The notes: generated by a model not told the origin, from the sequence alone. Positions 9,384 through 19,871 are shown, counted from the first letter of the stretch. The stretch: 64,000 nucleotides of DNA from Meiothermus sp. (GCA_033762915.1 JANRLD010000027.1:1-64000); one strand, 5' to 3'. Made by a program: numbers and translations.

Positions 9384-9556
9384 AGGGCGCTCCTTGGGTT
9401 ACCGTGGATAAGCCTACTCGAGGGCGGTTTTCCGGGGCAAGGACTGGACGTGTCGAGGCAGCCCGCACGCCTTTGGGCTTAGCACCGGTTGCCTACCGGC
9501 ACGAGACCGGGCCGCCGGATGTGGGCAATCCGGCGACCCGGCGGCTTGCTCGGGTT

Positions 9557-10126
9557 TTATCGGAAGGCGTAGCTTAGACCCAGCGCGAGGCCGAAGGTTG
9601 CGTTGCCCCCGCCATAGATCACGCGGGTCTCTCCGAAGGCTGAGACCGGCTCGCTGAGCTCGAGGTCGATCCCCACCGCCGTATTGCCGGTCAGGGTGCT
9701 GGTGCCCAGGCTCAGGCCGGTGTAGCCGTAGACCATGACCTCGTTGCTGAGGTCGTACTCGATGCCTCCACGCAGCCCCAGCCCCACCGAGGCGTTGGCT
9801 CCGCCCAGCCCCACGCCCAGCGACGGCCCCACATAGATGCCGCCGTTGGCGATGTCGAAGGTGACCACCGGGGTTAGGGTGAGGGCCCCCACCACCGGGT
9901 TGGAGAGCGAGAGACCCAGGTTGGCCCGGGCTCCCAGGTTGATGCCCGGCGCGAGGTTGAAGAGGTTGTTGAAGGAAGCCTCGGCCACCACGCCCGAACC
10001 CAGGCTTGGTACCAGGTTGAGCCCCAGCCCGAACTGTAGCCGGGCGGGGTCGAGGGCGTCCGCCGCCAGCGCCGGGCCGCCCAGGGCCACGACGCCGATA
10101 ACCGCACTGATGAGTTGTTTATGCAT
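9557..10126 (-). CDS. Outer-membrane beta-barrel protein (hypothetical)
   Basis: Signal peptide, alternating beta-strand pattern, C-terminal LGLSYAFR; GGAGG RBS. Confidence 0.65.
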   Translation of the reverse strand: MHKQLISAVIGVVALGGPALAADALDPARLQFGLGLNLVPSLGSGVVAEASFNNLFNLAPGINLGARANLGLSLSNPVVGALTLTPVVTFDIANGGIYVGPSLGVGLGGANASVGLGLRGGIEYDLSNEVMVYGYTGLSLGTSTLTGNTAVGIDLELSEPVSAFGETRVIYGGGNATFGLALGLSYAFR

Positions 10127-10278
10127 AAAAGTCCCTCCGAGAAGCCGCCGCTTCTGTGGCCTCACCCTAGGAACCGGCTCTGAATCCGAACTGTGCCGCC
10201 CCTGACGGTCTGGGCCACTAAGGTTGGGGTCAGTCTTGTCTCAGCGTCTCGGGGCGTAGTGGGGCTGGAGGAGCTGCC

Positions 10279-10722
10279 ATGAGCAAAGAGAACCGCCTAA
10301 CGGCCCTCGAGCGCCTCGGCCAGACCGACCTGACCCCCGCCGACCCCAACGAAGACATCCGGGGCCAGGAGGTGGTGGACAGCGGGGGGGAGCGGCTGGG
10401 GCGGGTGGACGAGTTGCTGGTCGACGTCGCGCAACGAAAGGTGCGCTTTCTGCAGGTGGGCAGCGGCGGATTCCTGGGGATGGGTCGTGAGCACTTCCTG
10501 ATTCCGGTGGACGCGGTGGAGGTGGTGGGGGAGGACGCGGTGCGGGTCGGGCTTTCGCGCCAGCGCGTGGCCGAGAGCCCCGAGTACTCAGCCGACCTGG
10601 TGCCGGATGAGGACTTTTACCGCAGTGTCTACGACTACTACGGCTACATGCCCTACTGGAGCCTGGGCTACCAGTACCCCCAGTTCCCCTTTTACCGGGG
10701 ACGAGGCGAAGGGCGGCGCTAA
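10279..10722 (+). CDS. PRC-barrel domain protein
   Basis: DIRGQEVVDSGGERLGRVDELLVD...GGFLGMG...IPVDAV; GGAGG RBS. Confidence 0.85.
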   Translation: MSKENRLTALERLGQTDLTPADPNEDIRGQEVVDSGGERLGRVDELLVDVAQRKVRFLQVGSGGFLGMGREHFLIPVDAVEVVGEDAVRVGLSRQRVAESPEYSADLVPDEDFYRSVYDYYGYMPYWSLGYQYPQFPFYRGRGEGRR

Positions 10723-10733
10723 GTGGCTCTACT

Positions 10734-10887
10734 TAAGTGGCTCCACTGTTGAAATGCAAAATGCCGCCCCAATCCATCCGAAGGGAATTGCGCCTCGGGT
10801 AGCCGCTCCGTGGCTATGGCGCACGACACTCCGCTCTGAATATTTGCCGCTTCCGCCGAATCCGCACTTCTACCCCGGCGCAACTTA
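10734..10887 (+). repeat. Dispersed small repeat family A, copy 1 (MITE-like)
   Basis: Homologous to 26056, 33680 and 35773; internal TAGCCGC-nnn-GYGGCTA hairpin; ends CTACCCCGGCGCAACTTA. Confidence 0.75.
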
Positions 10888-11035
10888 GGCCGGATGGTAT
10901 GCGATCGGGAGGCGGGCTGGCTGGGGCGTTGGTCTGTGCTGGGTACTGGGGCCGGGCCTCGGGCGCGGTCAGACCGACTGCCGCACCACATTGGACCCCC
11001 GGTCCGAACGCCAAGCTGGTAATCTGTCGCACGAG

Positions 11036-11713
11036 ATGACCCCCCTCGAGCGCATCCCCGAGTCCTGGCGCACGGTCTTGGCCCCGGAGTTCGAGCAGCC
11101 CTACATGGCCGAACTGTTGGCTTTCCTCAAGGCCGAGCGGGCCCAGCACGCTGTCTACCCGCCGCCCCAGGACGTGTTCAACGCCCTCGAATACACCCCC
11201 TACGACCGGGTGAGGGTGCTGGTCGTCGGCCAAGACCCCTACCACGGCAAGGGCCAGGCCCATGGGCTGGCCTTCAGCGTGCGGCCCGGAGTGCGGCCCC
11301 CGCCCAGCCTCGAGAACATCTTCCAGGAACTCGAGTCCGATCTGGGCGTTCCCCGGCCCTCCCATGGCTGTCTCGAAGGCTGGGCGCGGCAGGGTGTGCT
11401 GCTCCTCAACACCTCGCTCACCGTACGGGCCGGCCAGGCTGCCAGCCACAAGGGCAAGGGCTGGGAGCACTTCACCGACGCAGTTATCCGCGCCGTGAAC
11501 GCCAAGACCGAGCCGGTAATCTTCGTGCTTTGGGGGAAGCATGCCCAGGAGAAGCAGGCCCTGATCGACGCCACCCGCCACACCGTCCTAAAAGCCCCGC
11601 ATCCCTCCCCGTACTCGGCGGCCAGTGGGTTTTTCGGCTCAAGACCCTTTTCCAAAATCAATGCCAAGCTGCGCGGGTGGGGCCAGCCGGAGATAGAATG
11701 GCGGCTGGAGTGA
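11036..11713 (+). CDS. ung: Uracil-DNA glycosylase (family 1)
   Basis: GQDPYH, PPSLENI, GVLLLN and HPSP motifs. Confidence 0.95.
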   Translation: MTPLERIPESWRTVLAPEFEQPYMAELLAFLKAERAQHAVYPPPQDVFNALEYTPYDRVRVLVVGQDPYHGKGQAHGLAFSVRPGVRPPPSLENIFQELESDLGVPRPSHGCLEGWARQGVLLLNTSLTVRAGQAASHKGKGWEHFTDAVIRAVNAKTEPVIFVLWGKHAQEKQALIDATRHTVLKAPHPSPYSAASGFFGSRPFSKINAKLRGWGQPEIEWRLE

Positions 11714-11804
11714 GCGCGGCGTGTAGGGATCGGCTGAACGGCTCCCCGGCACTGAACACCCCGGCCGAACGCCTCGAGGTTTTCGCAAGCCCAATGCGGT
11801 GCGA

Positions 11805-13064
11805 CTACCTTGTGTAAGTTCCCGGCCCACCCTCCCGCACGGCCAGCAGCGCCGCGACAGGGAGAAGCATGATCGCCACACCCACAAAGCCCAGGGTGTG
11901 CAGGCTGGAGTACTCGACGATCAGGCCGCCCAGTATGGGGAGTACCATCCCGGCGGCGCTGCTCCACTGCTCGAGGGTGCCGGTGGCCCTGCCGCGCAGA
12001 TCGGTGGGGGTCACGTCGGCGAGCATGGTGTTGGCGCTCAAGAAGGCCGCCGACCAGCCCAGGCCCACCAGGAAGGTTCCCGCCGTGATCACCCAGTAGG
12101 CGTCGCCCAACCCCACCAGCAGCGACCCCGTTCCCCCGATAGCCAGCCCTAGGAGGGCGGTGGGCTTGCGCCCGATGGCGTCGGTGAGGCGGCCAAACAC
12201 GTAGGAGAAGGCGAACATCCCGAAGGCGTGTAGTGCCACCGAGAACGAGATCTGCGGCAGGGTGCAGCCCAGCCCCTTGAGGGCTAAGGCCGTCATGGTC
12301 ATCAACATGACCATCTGACCCTGGGTGACGGTGGCGGTGAGGATGGCCGAGCTGCGCACGGCGCGGTTGTCCTGGGCGGTGGAGGTCTGCTGGGTTTGCA
12401 GACTTTCCTGGGGGTAGTAGCTGTCCAGCCGCTGCCCGATTTCCTTGGGGTCTGGGCGGATGTTGTAGGTGACCCAGAACAGGGGGACCAGCAGCAGCGG
12501 AACCAGCAGCCAGGCCAAGGCGATTTCGTTAAGGCCCCACAGTCGGGCCAGGCGCTCTCCCAGCGAGACCACCAGGGGCGAGATCAGCGATCCGAACAGC
12601 GAGCCCATCATGATCAGGCTGATGCCTTCCCCGCGACGGGCGGGCGGGTACATGTCGGCGGCCGCAACCCGCATCTGCTGTACGGCCCCCACCCCCACCC
12701 CGAAGAGCAGAACGCCGGCACAGAACAGCATAAAAGCCCCGATCTGGGTGGCCACACCGACCAGCAGAGCCCCCACCAGGCTCAGCCACAGCCCCAGGTA
12801 TAGCCCGAGCTTGCGCCCGTGGCGGTCGGTTAGGCGTCCGATGTGGTAGGCGGTGAGTATGCGGGCCAGGGCCATCATGGCGGTGGTGATGCCCGCGAAG
12901 GTGGCGCTGCCCAGAAAGCCGATCACCTGCAAGGCCCCTAGCGCCGGAACCAGCTGCATCCCCGCTCCCACCACGGCCTGCACCATGGCAATGGAGGCGG
13001 TGTTGCGGCGCACCACCCCCGGGATTGGGGTGGCCTGGTCTGCCCTGGCCCGCTGTACTGCCAT
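11805..13064 (-). CDS. MFS transporter
   Basis: About 12 TM segments; motif A twice (GRLTDRHGRK, GRLTDAIGRK). Confidence 0.9.
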   Translation of the reverse strand: MAVQRARADQATPIPGVVRRNTASIAMVQAVVGAGMQLVPALGALQVIGFLGSATFAGITTAMMALARILTAYHIGRLTDRHGRKLGLYLGLWLSLVGALLVGVATQIGAFMLFCAGVLLFGVGVGAVQQMRVAAADMYPPARRGEGISLIMMGSLFGSLISPLVVSLGERLARLWGLNEIALAWLLVPLLLVPLFWVTYNIRPDPKEIGQRLDSYYPQESLQTQQTSTAQDNRAVRSSAILTATVTQGQMVMLMTMTALALKGLGCTLPQISFSVALHAFGMFAFSYVFGRLTDAIGRKPTALLGLAIGGTGSLLVGLGDAYWVITAGTFLVGLGWSAAFLSANTMLADVTPTDLRGRATGTLEQWSSAAGMVLPILGGLIVEYSSLHTLGFVGVAIMLLPVAALLAVREGGPGTYTR

Positions 13065-13226
13065 GGGCCGAGTATACGCCCATTCCTGTCCGGCCCCTGG
13101 GTTGCTCGAGCCGCCACCCTAAGGTCTGGAAGCTATGAATCTGATCTGCAAAAGTAACCCAACCGCGTTGACATGCTCATCCGGGCTGAGTATCTTGACC
13201 CTGCTCTGGCAGATTGGAGGGTAAAG

Positions 13227-14060
13227 ATGAAAAAAATCCTGTTGTTGGGTTTGGCCGCCTTGGCCTCGTTTGGGATGGCTCAGGGGGCCATGATCGGCAA
13301 GTGTGAGGTCACGGGCCAGAAGGGGCAGTTTAAGATCAACCCGGTTACCGCGGGGCAGCTCAGTGTTCAGACCAACCTGCCCGGCCCTGGCTTCTGGAAC
13401 GGCGACAGCCCGGCCACCATCCAGGACGGCTTCGAGTACTGTCTGGCGGCCAACATCGCCCACCGCCTGGGGCTGTCCAAGGTGGTCGTGCAAAACGTGG
13501 CCTGGGACGCCATGATCGCCGGACAGACCCGCAACTTCGACTTTGCCCTCTCGCAGATCACCATAACCGAGCCGCGCAAGCGGGTGGTGGATTTCTCGGT
13601 GCCCTACTTCTCCTCCGACATCGGGGTGCTGGCCAGGAAAGGCAGCGACCTGACCGCCGCCAACATCAAGACCAAGCGCCTGGGGGTGCAGCAGGCCACC
13701 ACTGCGGCCAAGTTCCTCACCGACCGGCTGCGCCACCCCAACAACTTGACCCGCGTCTTCCCCGACGTTGCTGCGGGCTTTACCGCGCTGCGGGCTGGGC
13801 AGATCGATGCCTTCGTCATTGACACCTCCATCGTGCTGAGCGAGGCGGGAAAGTCGGGCGGCGAACTGGTGGTGGTAGGCCAGTACCGCACCGGTGACAA
13901 CTACGGCGCGCTGTTCGCCAAGGGCAGCCCCAACCGCGCCACCATCGACAGGGTGATCGAGGCCCTGCGGCAGGACGGCACCCTCACCAGGCTGACCAAG
14001 ACCTACCTGAGCGCCGCCTGGGGGGCCGACCCAACCGCCGTGCCTTTCTGGCAGCCTTAA
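13227..14060 (+). CDS. Polar amino-acid ABC transporter substrate-binding protein
   Basis: Signal peptide, ITITEPRKRVVDFSVPYF, GQIDAFVID; GGAGG RBS. Confidence 0.85.
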   Translation: MKKILLLGLAALASFGMAQGAMIGKCEVTGQKGQFKINPVTAGQLSVQTNLPGPGFWNGDSPATIQDGFEYCLAANIAHRLGLSKVVVQNVAWDAMIAGQTRNFDFALSQITITEPRKRVVDFSVPYFSSDIGVLARKGSDLTAANIKTKRLGVQQATTAAKFLTDRLRHPNNLTRVFPDVAAGFTALRAGQIDAFVIDTSIVLSEAGKSGGELVVVGQYRTGDNYGALFAKGSPNRATIDRVIEALRQDGTLTRLTKTYLSAAWGADPTAVPFWQP

Positions 14061-14135
14061 CTCCCGCGCCTCTCGAAACCGGCCAACTCCGCACCAGCCA
14101 GCCCCTGCGTACACACTGGTGCAAGCCTGATTCCC

Positions 14136-14308
14136 TAGGGGCGATTCTGGACAGCATTCCCACTCTCACCCATGCCGACCCCCACAGCCGATTTCACACC
14201 AAGCTCTGCAAAGACCATTGGGGCTGAAACCTTCTTCTCGCGGTGTTTTCGGGGTGCGGCAACTGGGCGATCATCTTGCGAAGCGCTGTAGTTCGTTGGG
14301 CTGCGGTC
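14136..14308 (+). repeat. Dispersed small repeat family C, copy 1
   Basis: Shares TAGGGG..GATTCTG, TTGGGGCTGAAAC and GTTTTCGGGGYGCGG blocks with 30360-30504 (reverse); partly shared with 53935-54113. Confidence 0.6.
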
Positions 14309-14395
14309 AATGCCAACACCTCGAGGGCCGAAGGTCAGTCGGGAGATCCCGTACTACCTTCGGCCCTTGTCTTGTGACCTTTGTTGATTCCCGAC

Positions 14396-15547
14396 CTACA
14401 CAATGGCCGCGATGCGCTCGAGAGCCTTACGAATGTTCGCCTCGCTGGTGGCGTAGCTGAAGCGGACGTGGTGCGGGGCGGCGAAGTCGGTGCCGGGCAC
14501 CACCGCCACCTTGGCCTCGTTGAGCAGCCGCAGGGCAGCTTTGCTCTCGTCGGGGTCGATCTTGGAGGTGTCGGAGAGTACGTAGAAGGCCCCGTTGACC
14601 ATCGGGGTGGGCAGGCCCAGCGCGTTAAGCCCGTCCACGATGATGCCCCGGCGGGCGCGGTAGGCCTCCCGGGCCATCGAGATGAACTTCTGGGCTTCAT
14701 CGACGTTGTTCAGCGCCTCTACCATGGCCCACTGTGCGATGGTGTCGGGGCTGGTGGTGGACTGGCTGCTCACATCGATGATGCCCTTGATCACGTCCTT
14801 GGGGCCGCCGGCATAGCCGATGCGCCAGCCGGTCATGGCGTAGGCCTTAGCCGCGCCGTTGACGGTGATGGTGCGGTCGGGGGCCACGGTTGCGGGGGAG
14901 AAATGCTCGCCCTCATAGATCAGGTGCTCGTATATTTCGTCGGAGATGATGTAGAGGTCGTGCTGGTTGGCCAGCTCGGCGATGGTCGCGATGACCTCCT
15001 TGGGGTACACCGCCCCAGTGGGGTTGCCCGGGGAGTTGAGCACGATGGCCTTGGTGCGGGGCCCAATCTTGGAAGCGATCTCGGTGGGGTCGGGCACGAA
15101 GCCCGACTCGGGGCCGGTGTTGACCTCGACCGGCACCCCCTCGGCAAAGCGAACCATCTCGGGGTAGCTGACCCAGTACGGCCCTACCACGATCACCTCG
15201 TCACCGGGGTCGAGTATGGCCATGAACAGGTTGAACAGGCACTGCTTGCCCCCTACCGTGACCACGGTCTGGTCGGCGGGGATGTCCAGCCCGTTCTCGC
15301 GCTTGAACTTAGCGCTGATGGCCTCGCGCAACTCTGCGATGCCGGCGGGCGGGGCGTACTTGGTCTTACCGGCCGCGATCGCCCGGTTGGCGGCCTCCTT
15401 GACGAACTGTGGGGTGTCGAAGTCCGGCTCGCCGGCGGTCATGGCGATCAGGTCAACGCCCTGGCGGCGCAGCTCGAGGGCTTTGGCGTTCACCGCCACC
15501 GTGGACGACGGCTTCATGGCCTTGACTCGCTGGGACAATCCTCGCAT
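14396..15547 (-). CDS. aspC: Aspartate aminotransferase (class I PLP enzyme)
   Basis: AGEPDFDTP, NSPGNPTG, SDEIYE, AKAYAMTGWRIG; resembles Thermus AspC. Confidence 0.9.
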   Translation of the reverse strand: MRGLSQRVKAMKPSSTVAVNAKALELRRQGVDLIAMTAGEPDFDTPQFVKEAANRAIAAGKTKYAPPAGIAELREAISAKFKRENGLDIPADQTVVTVGGKQCLFNLFMAILDPGDEVIVVGPYWVSYPEMVRFAEGVPVEVNTGPESGFVPDPTEIASKIGPRTKAIVLNSPGNPTGAVYPKEVIATIAELANQHDLYIISDEIYEHLIYEGEHFSPATVAPDRTITVNGAAKAYAMTGWRIGYAGGPKDVIKGIIDVSSQSTTSPDTIAQWAMVEALNNVDEAQKFISMAREAYRARRGIIVDGLNALGLPTPMVNGAFYVLSDTSKIDPDESKAALRLLNEAKVAVVPGTDFAAPHHVRFSYATSEANIRKALERIAAIV

Positions 15548-15580
15548 ACCCGTGTATTGTCGAGAGTCGGGGGTCGGGCG

Positions 15581-15973
15581 TCAAGAGCCGGGGTCTATAG
15601 CCGCTGCGAGCTCGAGCCACTGCCCCGGGCTCATCCCCGCCCGCATCGCACTCCGGCCCTCTACAAACGGGTAAAGCGTCGCCTCATAACCCTCGAGCGC
15701 ACTCCAGAGCTGCCCAGTTCGGGTCTCGAGCGGCGCGATCACGTTTTCGATGCCGTAGCGTTTGAGCAAGTGGGGAACGCTCAGGCTGACCGGGTTGATG
15801 GGCTTGGAGCGCACCTTGAGGAACTAGGTTTGGTCGGGGGTCTCGAGTCTATACACCGAAGCAACCGGGTCGTAGCCGAGGGGGATGGGCTCGAGGCTCT
15901 GGACCGTCAGGCCAAAGTTTTTCTGTGCCCATTCTGCAATGGAATCGGTTGAAGGGGCGGGTTTACGGGACAT
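15581..15973 (-). pseudogene. Truncated aminoglycoside-phosphotransferase-like gene with internal TAG
   Basis: Two in-frame ORF pieces: ...PLGYDPVASVYRLETPDQT*FLKVR...TLYPFVEG...; covers only the kinase N-lobe. Confidence 0.65.
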
Positions 15974-16024
15974 GATTGACTTATGTGGCCGTTGTGCTCC
16001 AGAAGAAGGCAAGCCACTGGTTTG

Positions 16025-16072
16025 TATTACAGCAGTTTTTGCGCTAGGGAGTATGCGTGGGAACCGCGATGA
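16025..16072 (-). repeat. Dispersed small repeat family B, partial copy
   Basis: TAGGGAGTATGCGTGGGAACCGC is identical to part of 22788-22887. Confidence 0.7.
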
Positions 16073-16077
16073 GCCCG

Positions 16078-17988
16078 TTACCTCTGCGTCAGCCACAATC
16101 TGCCCAGCGGCGGAATCCAGCTCGGCGCAGCGGCCTGGGTGATGTGGTCGAAGGGGTAGACGATCCCCTCGGCCTTGAGGGTTTCCCAGGGTAGTGGCTG
16201 GCCGTCCTCGGAGAAGTTGTAGACCTGCACCAGCGTGCCCTCGGGGTGCTCGCGCTCGAGGACGAGCAGGTGAGGGTTGGACTGCCAGAGGGGCCGGGTA
16301 GGGAAGGCGGCGTGGAGCTGATGGGTGCGAGCACGGGCCTCCAAGAGCCCCTTTATACCGTAGAAAATCCGGTTCTCCACGGTACCCTCGAACCTCCGCC
16401 GCTCGGCTTTGTGCCAGTCCATCTTGGGGCGGTGCAGCCAGCGGTTATCGTCCTTGTGGGCGGGATCGCGCACGAAGTCGTAGTCGTTAAGCATCCCCAA
16501 CTCGTCGCCCATGTAGATGAGGGGGATGCCCTCGCCGTAACCGATAAAGACCGCGTGGGCCATCAGGATGCGCTCGACGGCCAGGTTGATCAGCCGCCCG
16601 TTGCCCGACTCGAGGGCCGTCTCGAGGCCCGCCAAACTGGCCGCGCTGCCCGAGGTGCGGCGGTCGCCGGTCTCGAGGTTTTCCTGAAAGTGCATCCCCC
16701 GGCTGAAGCTGCCCGCGAAGTCGCCCTTGTAGAAGTCGGACAGGAAGCGCCGGTGGGCCGCGCCGTTAAAGCCCTGCAGGGCCGCGTCCACGTCGGAGAT
16801 GGCCCAGCCGATGTCGTCGTGGCAGCGCAGGTAGGTAGTCCAGCCGGTGCTGGCGGGCTTCTCGGGGAAGCGCATCAGGGCCTGGGTAAAGATGCGTGTG
16901 TCGCGGCTGGCCAGGCTGCTCCAGATCTGCACCATCAGGGTGTTGTGGTAGGCCAGTTCGCTAACTTTGCCGTAGTGCTCCTGGGTGCCCAGGTAGGCAA
17001 TCAGGTCTTCGGGGGCCACGATCGCCTCGGCCTTGAAGGCCACCGCCGGAGCCCCGATCCGTACTGCCGCCCGCAGGGCCTGGGTGAGCGCGTGCACCTC
17101 GGGCTGGTTCTGGCAGTTGGTGCCCATGCGCTTCCAGGTGAAGGCGATGGCGTCGAGGCGGAACACGTCCACGCCCTTGTTGGCCAGCCAGAGGATCAAG
17201 TCGAGGTACTCGACGAATACCTCGGGGTTGCTCCAGTTCACGTCCCACTGCCAGCTGTTAAAGGTCGTCCAGACCCAGCCCTGGACCTCGTCGTCCCAGG
17301 TGAAGTTGCCGGGGGCAAAGTCGGGGAAGACCTCTGGCAGGTTGCGCTCATACTGGTCAGGGATGGTGCGGTCGGGGAATATGTAGAAGTAGTTGCGGTA
17401 TTTGGGGTCCCCGCGGCGGGCGGCCTGGGCCCATGGGTGTTCTCTGGCGACGTGGTTGAGCACCAAGTCCAGGCACACGCTGATGCCCTCGTGGCGCAGT
17501 TTGGTGCAAAGGTTCTTCAGGTCGGTCATGCTGCCCAGGTCGGCCCGCACCTTGCGGTAGTCGGCCACGGCATAACCGCCGTCGTTCTCGCCCTCCCGGG
17601 GCAGCAGTAGGGGCATCAGGTGGAGGTATTTGATGCCCAGTTCTTTGAGGTAGTCGATGTGCCTGGCCACCCCCTTAAGGTTGCCCGCAAAGCGATCCGC
17701 GTAGGCGATGTAGCCGTGCATGTCCGGTCGGAGGAACCAGTCGGGGGCATGGACGCGCTCCAGGTCCAGGGCTTGCAGCTCCAGCGGCCGGGCCTTGAGG
17801 TTGCTCGAGAGCACCTTCGCGATCCGGGCTAAGACCAGATCGGCATCCGGAAAGACCTCGCGCACGGCGGTCTCTAGTTCGGGAAAGAAACGACGAATGC
17901 GGGCCTCGAGTTCGGCCTTGCGGAAGGGTTCGGGCTGGAGCACCGCGTTCAATGCGGCGCAGAAGTCGGCGGTGGTCATCCGGGACAT
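16078..17988 (-). CDS. Amylosucrase/GH13 alpha-amylase family protein
   Basis: [36 protein letters not shown]. The ORF-track N-terminal extension overlaps the divergent operon and was trimmed. Confidence 0.9.
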   Translation of the reverse strand: MSRMTTADFCAALNAVLQPEPFRKAELEARIRRFFPELETAVREVFPDADLVLARIAKVLSSNLKARPLELQALDLERVHAPDWFLRPDMHGYIAYADRFAGNLKGVARHIDYLKELGIKYLHLMPLLLPREGENDGGYAVADYRKVRADLGSMTDLKNLCTKLRHEGISVCLDLVLNHVAREHPWAQAARRGDPKYRNYFYIFPDRTIPDQYERNLPEVFPDFAPGNFTWDDEVQGWVWTTFNSWQWDVNWSNPEVFVEYLDLILWLANKGVDVFRLDAIAFTWKRMGTNCQNQPEVHALTQALRAAVRIGAPAVAFKAEAIVAPEDLIAYLGTQEHYGKVSELAYHNTLMVQIWSSLASRDTRIFTQALMRFPEKPASTGWTTYLRCHDDIGWAISDVDAALQGFNGAAHRRFLSDFYKGDFAGSFSRGMHFQENLETGDRRTSGSAASLAGLETALESGNGRLINLAVERILMAHAVFIGYGEGIPLIYMGDELGMLNDYDFVRDPAHKDDNRWLHRPKMDWHKAERRRFEGTVENRIFYGIKGLLEARARTHQLHAAFPTRPLWQSNPHLLVLEREHPEGTLVQVYNFSEDGQPLPWETLKAEGIVYPFDHITQAAAPSWIPPLGRLWLTQR

Positions 17989-18049
17989 TTTATAGGGCGC
18001 TTCTGGGAAAACGAGGACTTGCATTGCATCAGCTCTTTTGTTACCCTGT

Positions 18050-18076
18050 AAACAGGTTTGCGTTGCAAACCGGTTT
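18050..18076. promoter_or_regulatory. Palindromic operator upstream of the membrane-protein array
   Basis: AAAC-A-GGTTTGC-GTT-GCAAACC-G-GTTT inverted repeat abutting the GGAG RBS. Confidence 0.6.
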
Positions 18077-18085
18077 GGAGAACTC

Positions 18086-18685
18086 ATGACCGAAACCGAA
18101 CGGCTCGAGCGAATACAGACCATCACCCGGTTCTTTCCCTTCTGGCAAGGACTTAAGCTGCTGCCCATCGGGTTGATGTGCCTCTTCATGGCGGTGCTGG
18201 AGGGACTGCCGGGTGACCTGCACCCCGCGGCGGCGCTGCTGCTGATGTTGGGCGCCTTCACCGCCGGCCTCTTTGGGTACGCCTTTATCACCGCCGGGTA
18301 CAAAAAGATGTTCGGTGCGGTTCACAACCCCGGCGTCAACCGCAGGCTCGATTTTCAGACCTTGTTCATTGCCTTGCCGCTGATCTTTCTTTCCCTGGCA
18401 GTCGATGCTTGGCTGAATCCGCCCATCTTTCTGACCGTTCTGGCCTACGGGGTGTTCTTCGTGTGGGTACGGGCCGCGACCGGTGGCGGTCGGCCCTACT
18501 ACCTTTGGGTCGCGGCGGCGATGGCGCTGGTCTCGGTGCTGCCCCTGTTCGGCCTGGAGTTTGTCAATCAGTACCAGACCCTGATGGTGGTTCTGGGTGT
18601 CAGTGCGGTCGTGGTCGGGGTGTTGGATCACCTCGAGCTGACCCGAGTTTTTAAGGGCGAGGCCCAGGAAGGGGGCGCAGGATGA
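18086..18685 (+). CDS. Integral membrane protein, array copy 1
   Basis: 199 aa, about 6 [21 protein letters not shown] ... GGGRPYYLW ... [12 protein letters not shown]. Confidence 0.8.
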   Translation: MTETERLERIQTITRFFPFWQGLKLLPIGLMCLFMAVLEGLPGDLHPAAALLLMLGAFTAGLFGYAFITAGYKKMFGAVHNPGVNRRLDFQTLFIALPLIFLSLAVDAWLNPPIFLTVLAYGVFFVWVRAATGGGRPYYLWVAAAMALVSVLPLFGLEFVNQYQTLMVVLGVSAVVVGVLDHLELTRVFKGEAQEGGAG

Positions 18686-18702
18686 GCGAGAAGGAACGGC
18701 TC
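18617..18702 (+). repeat. 86-bp junction direct repeat, copy 1
   Basis: 85/86 identical to 19216-19301; spans the stop/start overlap. Confidence 0.95.
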
Positions 18703-19284
18703 AGGAAAATTCAGACCATCACTAAGTACTTTCCCTTTTGGCAGGGGCTGGCTCAGCTTCCGCTGGGCTTTGGGGTATTGTTCTTGGGCCTGATGCAGTT
18801 CTGGCAGCCAGAAGCTATCGGTTTGAGTCTTCTGCGGCTGGTGGTCTTGCTGCTAGGCGTAGGGCTTTGTGCTTGGGCTGTCTCGGTGGTCGCCCGCTGG
18901 TATAGGGCAACTTTTGGGATGGTTAACAATCCCAAGGTGGTTGGTCCCATTATCGCTCGCAGCTACTTTGTAATTTTCCCGCTGAGTGTCGCCTTGGCCT
19001 TCGTAGATTTCCTGTGGCCACTGCCGTTCTCGCTGGTGTTGCTGGGCTTCGCCGCCAGCTTAGTTTGGATTCGGCAACTCACAGGTGGGAATCGTCCCTA
19101 CTACCTGTGGTTGTCTGTTTTGCTGGTTCCTCTGGCTTTTACTCCCATGTTGCTGGGTGGCCTCGAGATGAGGTCATTTGTGCCGATAGTCTTGGGTGTT
19201 TTCATCAGTTTGATTGGGGTGTTGGATCACCTCGAGCTGACCCGAGTTTTCAAGGGCGAGGCCCAGGAAGGGGGCGCAGGATGA
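18682..19284 (+). CDS. Integral membrane protein, array copy 2
   Basis: 200 aa; ATGA overlap; same terminal motifs, divergent T-rich core. Confidence 0.8.
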   Translation: MSEKERLRKIQTITKYFPFWQGLAQLPLGFGVLFLGLMQFWQPEAIGLSLLRLVVLLLGVGLCAWAVSVVARWYRATFGMVNNPKVVGPIIARSYFVIFPLSVALAFVDFLWPLPFSLVLLGFAASLVWIRQLTGGNRPYYLWLSVLLVPLAFTPMLLGGLEMRSFVPIVLGVFISLIGVLDHLELTRVFKGEAQEGGAG

Positions 19285-19301
19285 GCGAGAAGGAACGGCT
19301 C
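19216..19301 (+). repeat. 86-bp junction direct repeat, copy 2
   Basis: 599 bp downstream of copy 1; one T/C difference. Confidence 0.95.
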
Positions 19302-19871
19302 GAGCAGATCCAGACCATCACCCGCTATTTCGTCTACTGGCAGGGTCTGAAGATAGTCCCCGCAGGCGTGTTTTTACTGATACTGGCCTTCATTTACGAC
19401 TTTGACGGCTCGGCGCTATGGTGGGCGATTTACGCTGGGGGGTTTGTCCTCTTCGCCGCCGGGACTCTCTCCGTTAGCCGCTGGTACAGACGGCTGTTTG
19501 GGGTGGTCAGCAACCCAGGGGTCAACCAGTCCCTCGATCGCAGGACCTACTTGATTTTCATCCCCGTCATCGTGGGGAGCGTAGTCATGGACTTGACGTT
19601 TCAACTGCCGGTCTCCTTGTACGCCCTGGCACTGGCCGCAGGACTGTTGTGGTCCCGCCAGGTCACAGGCGGAGGCCGCCCTCACTATGTATGGATAGCG
19701 GGATTGATGATTGCAGCGGCATTCTTGCCTGGCGTTATGGGGGATGACTCCAGCGCGATTCAGTTCGCCCTGGCGGTCATGGGGGCAGGCAGCATCGCCA
19801 TTGGCATCCTCGACCACCTCGAGCTGACCCGCATCTTCAAGCCCGTCTCCGGCGACGAGGTGGGGTCGTGA
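19281..19871 (+). CDS. Integral membrane protein, array copy 3
   Basis: 196 aa from the ATG at the ATGA overlap; MSEKERLEQIQTITRYFVYWQGL ... [12 protein letters not shown]. Confidence 0.8.
   Translation: MSEKERLEQIQTITRYFVYWQGLKIVPAGVFLLILAFIYDFDGSALWWAIYAGGFVLFAAGTLSVSRWYRRLFGVVSNPGVNQSLDRRTYLIFIPVIVGSVVMDLTFQLPVSLYALALAAGLLWSRQVTGGGRPHYVWIAGLMIAAAFLPGVMGDDSSAIQFALAVMGAGSIAIGILDHLELTRIFKPVSGDEVGS

Noticed and set aside
14381..17610. Long antisense ORFs (14381..15952 +, 16246..17610 +, also 58913..60136 - and many others)
   Set aside because: Shadow frames of GC-rich genes on the opposite strand, with no motifs or RBS.
17989..18303. 105-aa N-terminal extension of amylosucrase in the ORF track
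   Set aside because: It overlaps the divergent operon and its operator; GH13-like sequence begins near 17988.
18617..19301. Junction repeats as integron attC sites or DGR template/variable repeats
   Set aside because: The repeats are coding and non-palindromic. There is no integrase or reverse transcriptase in the window, and the single mismatch is not at an adenine.
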